A stretch of 64,000 nucleotides of DNA from NCBI GenBank assembly GCA_019358915.1, contig JAHHIM010000004.1, forward strand, positions 1-64,000, given 5' to 3'. Shown piece after piece: positions 52,284 to 63,525 of this stretch. This DNA is from Trichormus sp. ATA11-4-KO1 (lineage in GTDB: Bacteria > Cyanobacteriota > Cyanobacteriia > Cyanobacteriales > Nostocaceae). Both the position numbers and the translations under genes were made by a program. Position 1 is the first letter of the stretch. Every line of letters starts with the position of its first letter. The notes beneath the pieces are model-generated. The model saw only the letters and a list, made by a program, of their open reading frames with translations, had not been told where the DNA came from and ran no database searches.

Positions 52284-52667
52284 TCAGACCAATGATATAT
52301 GCCCATTATCAAAGTTAATCGTCAAAGTCAGTCCTCGGAAGAAGTCAAGACCCAAAAGACCATCAACACCCGCACTCGGTGGTAATGTGTGACCCAATAC
52401 TGCAAAATCCGTGCGTTCTTGACCCAGTGCTGCAATTTTCTGCAACTTGATCTGAGGAGCAAATTCAACGCTACTACCCGTTGTTACTTGAACTCGATTC
52501 GGAACTAAAGCTGGATCGTAACCGATGGCAACCAACATTGCTATGTTGATCACAGTGTAAGTCGCACCTGTATCTAGGGCTAATCTCAACACGTTACTAC
52601 CAGAAGCACCAAATAACTCTGCACGAACAACAACTAACCCACGTCTAGGATTGAACGAGAAATTCAT
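52284..52667 (-). CDS. Retropepsin-like (clan AA) aspartyl protease
   Basis: ALDTGAT and GLLGLDFF. Confidence 0.85.
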   Translation of the reverse strand: MNFSFNPRRGLVVVRAELFGASGSNVLRLALDTGATYTVINIAMLVAIGYDPALVPNRVQVTTGSSVEFAPQIKLQKIAALGQERTDFAVLGHTLPPSAGVDGLLGLDFFRGLTLTINFDNGHISLV

Positions 52668-52900
52668 AGCGCGATCGCTGTATTTTCAGGGATCTGGCCA
52701 GTGTAAAGCATTGCAAATCTTTTGGGACGTAATTCTACAGCTTTCCGATAAACCTCATCTCGATCCTTACTGTGCCACAGTACCTTTCCGCTTTGAATAT
52801 CTAAAGCTTCATTAGTTTGTGGGTCTTCCACTAGTATCCATTCTGATTCAAACTGCTCTTCTATCTGAGCAATGGTCATTATTTTTTCCATAACAGTCAC
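52664..52900 (-). CDS. DUF5678-like small protein translationally coupled to the protease
   Basis: EWILV...GKVLWHSKDRDEVY; 4-bp overlap. Confidence 0.7.
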   Translation of the reverse strand: MTVMEKIMTIAQIEEQFESEWILVEDPQTNEALDIQSGKVLWHSKDRDEVYRKAVELRPKRFAMLYTGQIPENTAIAL

Positions 52901-53219
52901 CTTTTGTGAAACTTATGTAGTTTCACCTCTAATTTTACTGTTAACCAAGGGTAGATATTACTGAAAAGCCGTGTTATCAAACGTGACTCGCATAGTTTGT
53001 CTTTCGTTGGACAATTCTAGAGGAGCGATCGCACTGTATTGTGATCAAATCTGAGGGTTGATTTTTAAGGCGATCGCTTGCTCAAAGCTAACATGGGCAA
53101 AATACTTTAGAAACACTTCCAGTCTATCCTCAGCTTTTCGACAAAGATTATATTATGTACGATGTCCTATAGTGGGCGTAAATTGTGATTGCTTTGAATG
53201 GCAGAAGCAAGCAAGTAAA

Positions 53220-53520
53220 TCAAATTCTAGCAGGAGGAACAGCCATCTCAAATATCTTTGTGTAATCGTAAAAAATGTGTCGATGTAACCTGCTAATTTT
53301 TTCTAAGCTGGTTAACAGCGAAGAAATAAAAAATAAGTCTGTGGTGCTGATTAAGCAAGTCAAGAAAAATGTGTTCTTTAATTTGTCCATTATCAGTTGG
53401 GTTAGGGAATATACTAGAAACCACAGCCCGAGATTGCATGACCTGGGTAAGATGTATTAGGTACTTGCGGAATCTTTCAACAAAGGGCTTTGGCATACTT
53501 TGACCTAAATTTTTAGGCAT
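53220..53520 (-). pseudogene. Internally deleted gene remnant, possibly DUF6602-like
   Basis: N-terminal FPNPTDNGQIKEHIFLDLLNQH is joined to an out-of-frame tail (...LEKISRLHRHIFYDYTKIFE...). Confidence 0.35.
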
Positions 53521-53615
53521 AAATTTTTTACATCACATTTCTATAAAAGCATTATATATAGTTTTACGTATATTTACCCTATTTGAGTTTGACATATTAC
53601 AGTATTAAACGACTG

Positions 53616-53996
53616 TTAACGTGTGTATGGTTGTTCTATGACTAGACCTGGAATAACACGGTAATGTTTGACATTAAATGTACAAAGTGTTGCATATCTG
53701 CCAACAGCACAAGCAGCAATCAAGGCATCTAACAAGCCTAAACTATCTGACAAATGGTAGGTTGCAAAGTCTGACAAGGCGCGATTTAAATCAGTCTCAG
53801 TCGGCCAAACTACAGGTAGCGGTGCAACCAGTTTTAAGGCATTACGCAGTTTTTGCTTGTTTTGAGAATCCTGAATTAATTCCATAACCACAAAGCCAGG
53901 TACACTAGGCAAATCTGATAGGCTGGCAAACCAATTTATTGCAGCAGTATGACCTCGTTGAATATCAATCAAAATGTCCGTATCTAGCAAATACAT
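53616..53996 (-). CDS. PIN-domain (VapC-like) toxin
   Basis: YLLDTDILID, MEL, DALIAA, TFNVKHY. Confidence 0.9.
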   Translation of the reverse strand: MYLLDTDILIDIQRGHTAAINWFASLSDLPSVPGFVVMELIQDSQNKQKLRNALKLVAPLPVVWPTETDLNRALSDFATYHLSDSLGLLDALIAACAVGRYATLCTFNVKHYRVIPGLVIEQPYTR

Positions 53997-54006
53997 TAAA
54001 CTTCAC

Positions 54007-54267
54007 CTATGTTCGCTCACGAGTTTCAGCCTTGTGACGTAACTGACGAGCGTAGGCTTGACTATCTGTAATATCGGGTCTTGAATTGATTAAACCTTCA
54101 TTCTGCCAAAAAGCTACAAGCTCGGCTCCTGTCTTGGGTAGATTTGCGAGAATCTGTCTTACAGAAAGAAGATGAAGAATGTATTCAGAAAGCGTTAAGT
54201 TAAGCTGAGAAGCTTCATTACAAAGCTCTTTTTCTAAATCTGGGGGTAAATCAAGATTAATATTCAC
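54007..54267 (-). CDS. Putative antitoxin for the PIN toxin
   Basis: INLDLPPDLEKEL RHH-like N-terminus; SRPDITDS...LR; directly upstream of the PIN gene. Confidence 0.75.
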   Translation of the reverse strand: MNINLDLPPDLEKELCNEASQLNLTLSEYILHLLSVRQILANLPKTGAELVAFWQNEGLINSRPDITDSQAYARQLRHKAETRERT

Positions 54268-54297
54268 TTTGGCTCTCCTATTTAGCTTTGGTTTTAG

Positions 54298-54705
54298 TTA
54301 TTGATTGGTATGAACTTGGGCAATATCAAGAGAATCAATATCTAAAAGCCAATTTTCATCAACAAATTCCAGATTCTCATCATATACAAGAACTAATTCA
54401 CCCAATTTTTGAGAGTTATTACTTGGCTGATGAGTAATATCAATACCAGCATTTATTAGGGAAAACTTTAGTTGTATAAAGCGTTTTTTATTAGTAACTC
54501 CGATAGAACTGCTGACTAATGAGGTTTCTAGATTACGAGGTAAAGTAATTGTTTCATAATATTCATCTTGCTCATCCCAATAGCCACATACTTTATAATC
54601 ACATAATTCAAGGTGTTCTTTAACAAGAATATCAGGATCTAAAGTTTCTAATATTTCGGTTAAAACTCTCCAGACTTGGTGATTTCTTAGTTCAACTTTT
54701 GTCAT
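54298..54705 (-). CDS. Acidic hypothetical protein (possible immunity/antitoxin)
   Basis: 135 aa with an AGGAG RBS; D/E-rich; ends DENW. Confidence 0.6.
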   Translation of the reverse strand: MTKVELRNHQVWRVLTEILETLDPDILVKEHLELCDYKVCGYWDEQDEYYETITLPRNLETSLVSSSIGVTNKKRFIQLKFSLINAGIDITHQPSNNSQKLGELVLVYDENLEFVDENWLLDIDSLDIAQVHTNQ

Positions 54706-54721
54706 ACATACTTACTCCTGT

Positions 54722-55030
54722 TTAATGTTCTGTTATCCAACCGGGGAAGTGCAACACACCATCAATAAATTTTGCATGAAATCGGCGATTGCCACCTTTA
54801 CCTAATACTTTGGATTTCAACTCATAGTCTTCTTCTTGGGAAGGAACCAGCCCAACATTACCGCGTGTGGGTACTTGTCCCTTCTCAATTGCTTTTAAAT
54901 GCTTGCCATTTTGATCATATTTTATTCCTAACTTTATTTGCTCGCTGGCAAATGAAATTAACAGCCCATTCGTGGCAATATATACAGTATCTGGTTGTAT
55001 ATCAGCCCAACTATTGGGTAAATTTTCCAT
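54722..55030 (-). CDS. Hypothetical protein, possible BECR/RelE-like RNase
   Basis: AIEKG...YELKSKVLGKGGNRRFHAK...TEH. Confidence 0.5.
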   Translation of the reverse strand: MENLPNSWADIQPDTVYIATNGLLISFASEQIKLGIKYDQNGKHLKAIEKGQVPTRGNVGLVPSQEEDYELKSKVLGKGGNRRFHAKFIDGVLHFPGWITEH

Positions 55031-55112
55031 TTTTGATATCTAGTACCAGGATAAACCAGTCTGAAAAAACAATGATTAAAGAGGGTTAGGTTTGCTTGTG
55101 CTGGTAGTTGCT

Positions 55113-55753
55113 TTAGTGTTTCCTACCCCTACCTACCTGAAAAATCTGCTCGGCTGTCAAATTTAAATTTGGGAATGTGGGTAATTGAATGAGTGAGCCG
55201 TGACGAAACTGACTGACTTGATATGATACTCACCTTCAATTAACTCGTAAACAGAGACAGTCGGCTGTTTGGGGTTACCGATTAGCGCTCGACCGCCTAA
55301 GGCGGCGTAATCTACAATCCAGTATTCGGGGATGCTCATCTCCTCATAGTCAGCCAGTTTTTTGTGATAATCATCACGCCAATTAGTGCTGACCACTTCA
55401 ACAATTAACTTCACGCTGGTAGCATTCTCAATGATTGACTCACGCTCCCAACGAGGTTCGCTACCTAAAGCTTGCTGATCTAAAACAATGATATCCGGCT
55501 CATAGCCAGATTTTTCATTGCTGGTCTTGACAATCGATTCTCTGGGAATTGTCCAAATACCACGCTTATTCATCTGGATGATGGTTAGGAGCAATTCTTC
55601 TATCAGGAAACCAGTCACAGTGGAATGCTTTCCCGTCGGTTTTGGCATTTCGACAATCACTCCATCATGCAGTTCATAGCGTACCTCTGAGTTTTCTGGT
55701 AGCCACTCGATAAATTCATCAAAAGTTACTTGTTTGGTTAAGGCTTGAGCCAT
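55113..55753 (-). pseudogene. Uma2-family endonuclease with a C-terminal frameshift
   Basis: YEPD, VEVVS, IPEYWIVD; a 5-bp duplication at 55219-55228 displaces the typical PTFPNLNLTAEQIF tail. Confidence 0.8.
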
Positions 55754-55821
55754 AAATTTACACTCGTGCGCTGTAAATTTTTTTTAATTCAAGATTTATC
55801 ATGCTTATTCCTGATCATTAT

Positions 55822-58800
55822 TCACACAACAACCGCCTCTGCCACAGCACCTTGCATTTTAACGAAAGCATCAATTAAACTTTGCAATTGTTGGTCGGCT
55901 TTCAGCACTGCTAAACCCCTTACTGTCACCTTACCAGGAGAATAAACAAAACGCGTTTTGAGATGTTCCGGTAAGTTCGCCGCTAATAAATTCCAAGCAG
56001 GTTCTTCCATTGGCGTTTCTAAAATAATGTGCTGTTTATTTTCTGGTTTAATGCGGCTAAATCCTAATTTTTTCGCTAGTTGTTTGAGTTCCATTACGCG
56101 TAAAAGTTGATTCGCTGGCACGGGTAAAGTACCATAGCGATCGCCCCACTCAGCCGCAATCATTTTTAGTTCTTCTGGAGATTTCGCCGCCGCTACTGCA
56201 CGGTAAGCACTCATCTTTTGATCGACATCGGGAATGTAATCTGCGGGAATAAAGGCTGTGAGGTTGAGGTCAATCTGTGTCTCATCAACTTTGGGTATTT
56301 CTTGACCGCGAATTTCTCGAATCGCCTCTTCCAACATTTCCATATACAAATCAAAGCCGATGGCTTCCATTTGACCGGATTGTTCAGCACCTAGTAAGTT
56401 ACCCACACCCCTAATTTCCATGTCACGCATGGCTAGTTGATAGCCAGAACCAAGCTGGGTGAATTCTTGAATTGCCCGCAGTCTTTGCCGTGCGGCATCC
56501 GATAATGCCCGTTGTTTGGGGTAAAATAACCATGCATGGGCTTGTATCCCTGCACGTCCCACCCTTCCCCTTAATTGGTATAGTTGCGATAAACCAAATC
56601 GATGAGCGTCTTCAATTAAGATGGTGTTGACGCGGGGAATATCTAAACCAGATTCAATAATTGTCGTGCAAACAAGAATATCCGCATCACCATTACTGAA
56701 AGTCAGCATGGTAGATTCTAACTCGCTTTCATCCATTTGACCGTGAGCGATCGCAAATCTTCCCCCCGGGATCATTTCTCGCAAATTGGCTGTGATCTCT
56801 TCAATGCCCTCAACTCGTGGTACTACGTAGAATACTTGTCCCCCCCTGTCTAATTCTTGACGAATGGCACTGCGGACGCTTTCCGGGTTGAGGGGTGCTA
56901 AATGAGTTTTGATTGGTCTTCTGGTAGGCGGTGGTGTGGTAATTAAACTCATTTCCCGAATCCCCGATAAAGACATATATAAGGTACGGGGAATGGGAGT
57001 AGCCGAAAGTGTCAGCACATCAACTTGAGTTTTCAGGCTTTTAATTTTCTCTTTTTGGTTCACCCCAAATCTTTGTTCTTCATCCACCACCAACAGTCCT
57101 AAATCATGGAATATCACACCTTTACCTAAAAGTTGGTGTGTCCCGACAACAATATCTAATTCTCCCGTTGCTAAACGCTTTTGAATATTGCGGCGTTCTT
57201 CCGCACTGCGAAAACGATTAAGTAAGCCGACATTTACCGGGTAAGGGGCAAAGCGTTCTTTGAGGGTGTGGTAATGTTGCTGGGTAAGAATGGTAGTAGG
57301 TGCTAATAGTGCGACTTGTTTACCGGCGGTAACGGCTTTGAAAATGGCGCGAATAGCTACTTCCGTTTTCCCGAAACCCACATCACCACATACTAACCGA
57401 TCCATTGGGCGATCGCTTTCCATGTCCCGTTTGACATCTTGCACTGCTTTTAGCTGGTCTGTTGTCGGTTGGTAGGGGAAAGAATCTTCCATTTCCTCTT
57501 GCCAAGGCATATCTTGAGGATAAGTAAAGCCTTGTTGTTTTGACCTGGCTGCATACAGTTTCAATAAGTCCACCGCTAATTTTTTGATGGCTTTACGGAC
57601 ACGGTTTTTGGTATTGTCCCAAGCCTTACCCGTCATCTTGTGCAGTTCTGGTGCTTTATCTCCTGTGCGGCGAAACCGAGATAAAGAACCTACTTGATCG
57701 GCGGCAACTCTCAAGATACCATCAGCATACTGCACCACTATGTAATCACGGGTTTCGTGATTAATCGTTAAGCTTTCTAGCTTGACAAATTTACCAATCC
57801 CATGACTTCTATGAACCACATAATCACCCTGACGCAGCTTGTTGGGGTCTACTTGCTTGGAACTCGCTTGGCGACGCTTGCGAATGTAGCCTGGTGTCGC
57901 CAAAGAATGCTGTCCATAAAATTCGCGGTCGGTGACGACTACCAACCGATATGTAGGCAGGATAAAACCTTCGAGTTCCGCTAGTCCAGAGTATTTGAGA
58001 GCTACAGGTGTATGGTTAATTTGCAGCTTGTCGATCGCTTGATAGTCGCGGGGATTAGGGATAAACTGAGCCGGACAATCGTGTTCTTGGAGTAGAGAAA
58101 CAGAACGCGAAGGCTGGGCAGAAATTAGCCAAATCGAGAAATTGCGATCGCGCTCTTGTCTCAGTGTTTGTGCTAGTTTACCAAACTGATGTGGTGTCAC
58201 AGGTAACGACCGACTAGCCAGATTTATCCCACTATTTTCTTCCGCCAGTTCTGATAAATATACAGTGGGATATTTATTCACATCCGCCAAACATTCATCA
58301 AAAGACCGATGAATTTTCGGCAATGTCACAGAAGATTCCTCCCCAATCTCTACACTCCATTGTTCCTCAGCATTTTCCACCCAGCGATCGCTATGAGCAT
58401 GACACTGTTCTAGTTCATCAACAGCAATCAAGGTGTTTTCTGGCAAGTAATCTAATAGTGAGGCTGGTTTTTCAAAGGCTAACCCCAAAAACCGACGGCT
58501 ACCTTCTAAAAGTGCTGAGTCCTGAGTGCTGAGTGCTGAGTGCTGAGTGCTGAGTGCTGAGTCCTGAGTCCTGAGTCCTGAGTCCTGAGTGCTGAGTGCT
58601 GAGTCCTGAGTGCTGAGTCCTGAGTGCTGAGTGCTGAGTCCTGAGTTTAAATCAGCAGTGAGGGCTTGAAATTTTTCATTATTTGCCAGTTTTGTTAAGA
58701 CAATAGGCGCAAAACTAGTGGGAGTCAGTATCAGCTGCTCAATTTTGTCAAGGGCAGAACGTTGAGTTGCTGCATCAAATTCACGGATTTTCTCGATTTC

Positions 58801-59421
58801 GTCGCCAAACCACTCCAGTCTGACTGGCATTTCTGAAGAAACAGGGAAAACGTCGACAATATCACCGCGCCGGCTCCATTGTCCCTCTGTTTCCACCAGT
58901 GGCACTCGTTCATACCCCAAAGTGGTGATTTTTTCGCCGAAGCTATCCAAGTCAAATTCCATCCCCCGCTTCAGAGTGAGACAATAAGGCGTAAAGACCT
59001 CTGGTGGTGGTAAATGAGGTTGCAGTGCCCCAGCCGTGGCAACAATTGCTAAGGATTGCTTTGCTCCGGGATGGGAGTTTTCCCCGCTCACCAAATCCGA
59101 CAAAACTTGCATCTGTCCCCAAGTCATTTCAGTTTCGGGGTCAAACGGTTCATAAGGCGATGCTTCGGAGGTGGGGTAAAAATGTACTGTTTGCCATCCC
59201 ATCATTTCTAACTGGGCATAAGCGCGTCCGGCTTCCTCCAAAGTGGCACAGACTACCAACAAATTTCTTCCTGAGTGTTGTGCTAATGCCGAAGTTACCA
59301 GACCTTTGGGTAGCCGAGAGATGCCATTTAACCGCAAATCCTGTTGGCGATTGAGTTTGGAAAGTAATTCAGTGCTGAGAGGCGATCGCGCCAATGCACG
59401 CACAATAGAAGAAAATGCCAT
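55822..59421 (-). CDS. mfd: Transcription-repair coupling factor
   Basis: [23 protein letters not shown], CarD-like GDYVVH; contains an in-frame STRR. Confidence 0.97.
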   Translation of the reverse strand: MAFSSIVRALARSPLSTELLSKLNRQQDLRLNGISRLPKGLVTSALAQHSGRNLLVVCATLEEAGRAYAQLEMMGWQTVHFYPTSEASPYEPFDPETEMTWGQMQVLSDLVSGENSHPGAKQSLAIVATAGALQPHLPPPEVFTPYCLTLKRGMEFDLDSFGEKITTLGYERVPLVETEGQWSRRGDIVDVFPVSSEMPVRLEWFGDEIEKIREFDAATQRSALDKIEQLILTPTSFAPIVLTKLANNEKFQALTADLNSGLSTQHSGLSTQDSALSTQDSGLRTQDSALSTQHSALSTQDSALLEGSRRFLGLAFEKPASLLDYLPENTLIAVDELEQCHAHSDRWVENAEEQWSVEIGEESSVTLPKIHRSFDECLADVNKYPTVYLSELAEENSGINLASRSLPVTPHQFGKLAQTLRQERDRNFSIWLISAQPSRSVSLLQEHDCPAQFIPNPRDYQAIDKLQINHTPVALKYSGLAELEGFILPTYRLVVVTDREFYGQHSLATPGYIRKRRQASSKQVDPNKLRQGDYVVHRSHGIGKFVKLESLTINHETRDYIVVQYADGILRVAADQVGSLSRFRRTGDKAPELHKMTGKAWDNTKNRVRKAIKKLAVDLLKLYAARSKQQGFTYPQDMPWQEEMEDSFPYQPTTDQLKAVQDVKRDMESDRPMDRLVCGDVGFGKTEVAIRAIFKAVTAGKQVALLAPTTILTQQHYHTLKERFAPYPVNVGLLNRFRSAEERRNIQKRLATGELDIVVGTHQLLGKGVIFHDLGLLVVDEEQRFGVNQKEKIKSLKTQVDVLTLSATPIPRTLYMSLSGIREMSLITTPPPTRRPIKTHLAPLNPESVRSAIRQELDRGGQVFYVVPRVEGIEEITANLREMIPGGRFAIAHGQMDESELESTMLTFSNGDADILVCTTIIESGLDIPRVNTILIEDAHRFGLSQLYQLRGRVGRAGIQAHAWLFYPKQRALSDAARQRLRAIQEFTQLGSGYQLAMRDMEIRGVGNLLGAEQSGQMEAIGFDLYMEMLEEAIREIRGQEIPKVDETQIDLNLTAFIPADYIPDVDQKMSAYRAVAAAKSPEELKMIAAEWGDRYGTLPVPANQLLRVMELKQLAKKLGFSRIKPENKQHIILETPMEEPAWNLLAANLPEHLKTRFVYSPGKVTVRGLAVLKADQQLQSLIDAFVKMQGAVAEAVVV
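58511..58646. repeat. ~19 x AGTSCTG heptamer STRR inside mfd
   Basis: Mixed agtgctg/agtcctg units encoding (S-A/G-L-S-T-Q-H/D)n. Confidence 0.95.
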
Positions 59422-59501
59422 AAGTTTTACTACAGGAGGAAGTCGTTAAAGATAAGAAAATCTAGAGTCAGTGTATGTTCACTATTTTAAAAGTGTTGAG
59501 T

Positions 59502-59541
59502 AGGGGAATGGGGCATTGGGCATTGGGTATTGGGCATTGGG
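59502..59541. repeat. STRR (GGGCATT)n
   Basis: gggcatt gggcatt gggtatt gggcatt. Confidence 0.8.
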
Positions 59542-59734
59542 AAGAAACTTCCCCTCTGCCTCTTCTCGTCACGCTAATTATTTCTGTGAAAAAATAATAT
59601 CTAACTACTGATTTATATAGACTTAAAAATTAAACTACTCCTTTATGTAAGGTTAAAGCATTTATGCCGGCACCTTTAATACTAGATACTAAGAGTTGAG
59701 CTACGTTCGCTCTGATAAGCGACAATTCTAAAAC

Positions 59735-61054
59735 ATGTTCTCCATCACTTTTGAAGTTTTCATCATCTTGATCTTAGTTATTGCCAACGGTGTATTTTCT
59801 ATGTCTGAGATGGCAGTTGTCTCGGCACGCAAAGTAAGACTACAACAGCTTGCCAATCAAGGGGATGCCAAGGCACAGGCAGCATTGAAACTAGCGGAGT
59901 CTCCAAATCATTTCCTGTCTACAATTCAAATTGGGATTACCCTCATCGGTATCCTTACTGGTGCTTTCGGAGGAGCAACAATTGCCTCGCGATTAGCTGT
60001 CTATGTGCGGTTGATCCCCTTTTTAGCTCCTTATAGCGAACCAATCTCCTTTGGGATAGTGGTTTTGCTCATTACCTATTTGTCGTTAATTGTCGGCGAA
60101 CTGGTGCCGAAACGTTTGGCATTAAATAACCCGGAACGGATTGCATCAATTGTTGCTATTCCCATGCGAGCTTTAGCGGCTCTGGCGGCACCAGTGGTGT
60201 ATCTCTTAAGTGCTTCTACAGATATGATACTGCGAGGATTGGGCATTACACCCTCTATTGAACCGCAAGTTACTGAGGAAGAAATTAAAATTTTAATTGA
60301 ACAAGGTACGGAGGCGGGAACCTTTGAGGAAGCAGAGCAAGATATGGTTGAGCGAGTTTTTCGTTTAGGCGATCGCCCTGTTAGCTACTTGATGACACCC
60401 CGTCCCGATATAGTTTGGCTGGATTTAGAAGACTCTCCCGAAGAAAACCGCCAGAAGATGGTTGAAAGTGCTTATTCCCGGTATCCAGTTTGTCAGGGAG
60501 GACTCGATAATGTATTAGGCGTTATCCCGGTTACCGACTTACTAGCCCGGAGTTTCCGCAATGAACCCCTGGACTTAACAATCGGATTGCGACAGCCCGT
60601 CTTTGTGCCTGAAAGTACCCGTGGTTTAAAAGTTTTGGAGTTGTTCAAGCAAACTATTACTCACATGGCCTTGGTTGTAGATGAATACGGTGTCATTCAA
60701 GGATTAGTCACGCTTAACGACATTATGAGTGAAATCGTTGGTGATGTTCCTGAAGGGCCTGGAGAGGACGAACCACAAGCCGTGCAACGAGAAGATGGTT
60801 CCTGGCTTTTAGATGGGATGTTACCTGTAGAAGAGTTTTATGAACTTTTCGATTTAGAAGAGTGGGAAGTAGAGGAGCGAGGTAGTTATCAAACATTAGG
60901 TGGTTTTGTGATCAACCATCTTGGTCGCATCCCTACAGCAGCCGATCATTTTGAATGGCATGGTATGCGGATTGAAGTGATGGATATGGATGGTAACCGT
61001 GTTGATAAAGTGCTGGTAATACCAATGCTAGATGAGGTCATAGGTGATGGGTGA
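59735..61054 (+). CDS. TlyC/CorB-family (DUF21-CBS-CorC) membrane protein
   Basis: SMSEMA, GELVPK, MTPR, VDEYG, LGRIP. Confidence 0.93.
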   Translation: MFSITFEVFIILILVIANGVFSMSEMAVVSARKVRLQQLANQGDAKAQAALKLAESPNHFLSTIQIGITLIGILTGAFGGATIASRLAVYVRLIPFLAPYSEPISFGIVVLLITYLSLIVGELVPKRLALNNPERIASIVAIPMRALAALAAPVVYLLSASTDMILRGLGITPSIEPQVTEEEIKILIEQGTEAGTFEEAEQDMVERVFRLGDRPVSYLMTPRPDIVWLDLEDSPEENRQKMVESAYSRYPVCQGGLDNVLGVIPVTDLLARSFRNEPLDLTIGLRQPVFVPESTRGLKVLELFKQTITHMALVVDEYGVIQGLVTLNDIMSEIVGDVPEGPGEDEPQAVQREDGSWLLDGMLPVEEFYELFDLEEWEVEERGSYQTLGGFVINHLGRIPTAADHFEWHGMRIEVMDMDGNRVDKVLVIPMLDEVIGDG

Positions 61055-61323
61055 CAGGGGACAGGGCAGGGCTGATTCGTTCCCTAAAAGGGTTAAAATT
61101 GCAAGGGCAAATCCACAATTAAGACCGAAAATTTTGGCATCTTCAGTCCGAAATACCTGATTTTTCTTTGCGTCTTTGCGCCTTTGCGTGAGATTATCCT
61201 CTTGACAAATCTCCAACACAAGCGAATGAAACAGCCCTGGGGGACAAGGTGACAAGGTGACAAGAAAAATTATTTCTACCTTTCTACCTTCCTATTTCCC
61301 CATCTCTACCTACGCTCTATTTC

Positions 61324-62505
61324 TTAGGTCTTGGATAAACGTTTAACTTCAGCACCAGCTAACATTTGATGGGCTTTTGCCAACATCTGGGGAATTTTAT
61401 CAGCGTGAGGACTGCTGGCAAGAGCTGGCCGCAGGTCTAGTTCGTCTAGCCGATCTGCTTTATTACCAGGGAACCAGTGACTGCCATTACCTAGCAGGTT
61501 ATAGCGCATTTTGGCATAGTCTACCAAATCGTAGGCGATCGCTAAATTTAATAACCACAAAATCACGGGAATATTTACCTGTCCTGGCGTTTCTTCAAAT
61601 GTGGGTAAGTTAGTTTCCCAAGATTTTACCCAGTCTGCTCCTAAAGTAGCGATCGCTTCTTGTTCTAATCTATGCAAAATTGCTGGTAAGATTTCATCTG
61701 ACTGATTCAGCAATGCTAAAGTTTTTAGGTGTTCATCAAAATCTTCGGGTCTTGCTGCTCCTAAACTCAAGGTATGCACTTCTGGATGACTTAGACAAAA
61801 TAAGTCATTAAACACCATTGGACTCAAGGGAGCGCAAAGATTAACTAATTTTTGCGGTGGTTTATATAGCATCCCTCCTTTATCGGAAGGACTAATAATA
61901 AATACTCCCATATCATGACGGGTAGCTGCTTTAATTGCCTGCCAATTCCATTGATTAATGTAGTACCAATGCAGATTAACGTAATCAAATTGGTTAGTAT
62001 TAATAGCCTGGACAATCAAATCTTTAGATCCGTGGGTAGAAAAGCCAATAAATCTGACTTTTCCCTCTGCTTGTAACTGTTGTGCCACTTCTAAACAGCC
62101 ACCGGGACGCATACTGTAATCTAATGATTCAGCATGATTGATGCCGTGTAAACCCAATAAATCAACATAATCTAGCTGGAGATTTTGCAATGATTGTGTA
62201 AATTTTTGCCGAAATTCCTTCGCATCTGCAACCAATCCAACTTTTGTCTGCACAATTAATTGGTCGCGAGGAAACTGAGGCAATATTCTCCCCAACTGCA
62301 TTTCCGAAGTACCATAACCGCGAGCAGTTTCAATATGATTAATACCCACCTCAACTGCTCGTCGAATAGTTGCTTCCAGATTAGCCTGACTATCCGCAGG
62401 AATTTCCGACTGAGGAACATCTTGCCATTTAAACTGGTATCTCATACCACCGCAGGAAAACACTGGCATCTGTAATTCTGTACGGCCAAATCTTCTATAT
62501 AGCAT
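61324..62505 (-). CDS. Aldo/keto reductase family protein
   Basis: YRRFGRT, HIETARGYG.SE, DLLGLHG, GFSTHG. Confidence 0.9.
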   Translation of the reverse strand: MLYRRFGRTELQMPVFSCGGMRYQFKWQDVPQSEIPADSQANLEATIRRAVEVGINHIETARGYGTSEMQLGRILPQFPRDQLIVQTKVGLVADAKEFRQKFTQSLQNLQLDYVDLLGLHGINHAESLDYSMRPGGCLEVAQQLQAEGKVRFIGFSTHGSKDLIVQAINTNQFDYVNLHWYYINQWNWQAIKAATRHDMGVFIISPSDKGGMLYKPPQKLVNLCAPLSPMVFNDLFCLSHPEVHTLSLGAARPEDFDEHLKTLALLNQSDEILPAILHRLEQEAIATLGADWVKSWETNLPTFEETPGQVNIPVILWLLNLAIAYDLVDYAKMRYNLLGNGSHWFPGNKADRLDELDLRPALASSPHADKIPQMLAKAHQMLAGAEVKRLSKT

Positions 62506-62634
62506 TAGTGGATTTTGGAGTCACTGCTAATCTCAAATCTACAAAAATTTAGGGATATACCTCTCTGTGTTCTCTGTGCCTCTGTGGTTTAAAAGTAATC
62601 TCTTTAACCGTAACTTAAAAATAGCAGCAATTAT

Positions 62635-63525
62635 TTATTCTTTGTGATGATGAAATCTAATTCCTACAAAAATGTCATAAACAAATTCAAAAAAGTCTTT
62701 TTTTTGTAATAAACCAGAAGTTTGATAACATTCTTTTTCATCTAAAAGTGGCTTCATCACATAATATGCAGGTTGGTAGTTATACCAAGGAATAGAAGGC
62801 CACAAATGATGTATTAAGTGGTAGTTTTGTCCCAAAATCAAAATATTCAGGATTTTACCAGGATAAACGCGGGCATTTTTCCAGCGATCGCTTTCCACAA
62901 AGGGGCGATGGGGTAAATAATCAAAAAATAATCCCAAGGCTATCCCCACCAAGAAGGCTGGAATAAACCAAAAATTGAGAATGTAACCCAAAAAATGATA
63001 TTGAATTGAAATATAAAAAATTGCCCCGACAATTAAGCGGCTGATGAACCATTCTAACAGTTCATATTTGCGCCACAGTTGCCGTTGAAAGAAAAATACT
63101 TCGTGGTACAAAAACCTTACTGCAATTAACCATAACGGCCCCCCGGTAGAAACATAATGATCTGGGTCATCTTTAGGATGATTTACATGGGCATGATGCT
63201 GTAAATGCACCCGTGTAAAGACTGGAAAGGCAAAAGCTAATATTAGGGCGCTACCATGACCTAACATGGCATTAATTACTCGGTTGCGATGGGCTGATTG
63301 GTGACAGGCATCGTGAATTACTGTGCCAGCGCAATGTAAGGCTAGAGTATTAATGCTAAAGCACAGCCAATCTGGCCATTGCCAAAGCCAGTAACCAAAG
63401 TTAGATAACACCAGCATTGCTACCGTTGCCAAAAACAGCAGCAGTGTGGGATTGAAATCACCAGGAGGCGCTAAAAATTCCTTAGGTGGGACTTTCAGTG
63501 ACTTCTGTGCCTCCAATGTGAGCAT
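62635..63525 (-). CDS. crtR: Beta-carotene hydroxylase
   Basis: His boxes HDACH, HLQHH and HLIHH; DPDH; FFDYLPHRP. Confidence 0.92.
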   Translation of the reverse strand: MLTLEAQKSLKVPPKEFLAPPGDFNPTLLLFLATVAMLVLSNFGYWLWQWPDWLCFSINTLALHCAGTVIHDACHQSAHRNRVINAMLGHGSALILAFAFPVFTRVHLQHHAHVNHPKDDPDHYVSTGGPLWLIAVRFLYHEVFFFQRQLWRKYELLEWFISRLIVGAIFYISIQYHFLGYILNFWFIPAFLVGIALGLFFDYLPHRPFVESDRWKNARVYPGKILNILILGQNYHLIHHLWPSIPWYNYQPAYYVMKPLLDEKECYQTSGLLQKKDFFEFVYDIFVGIRFHHHKE

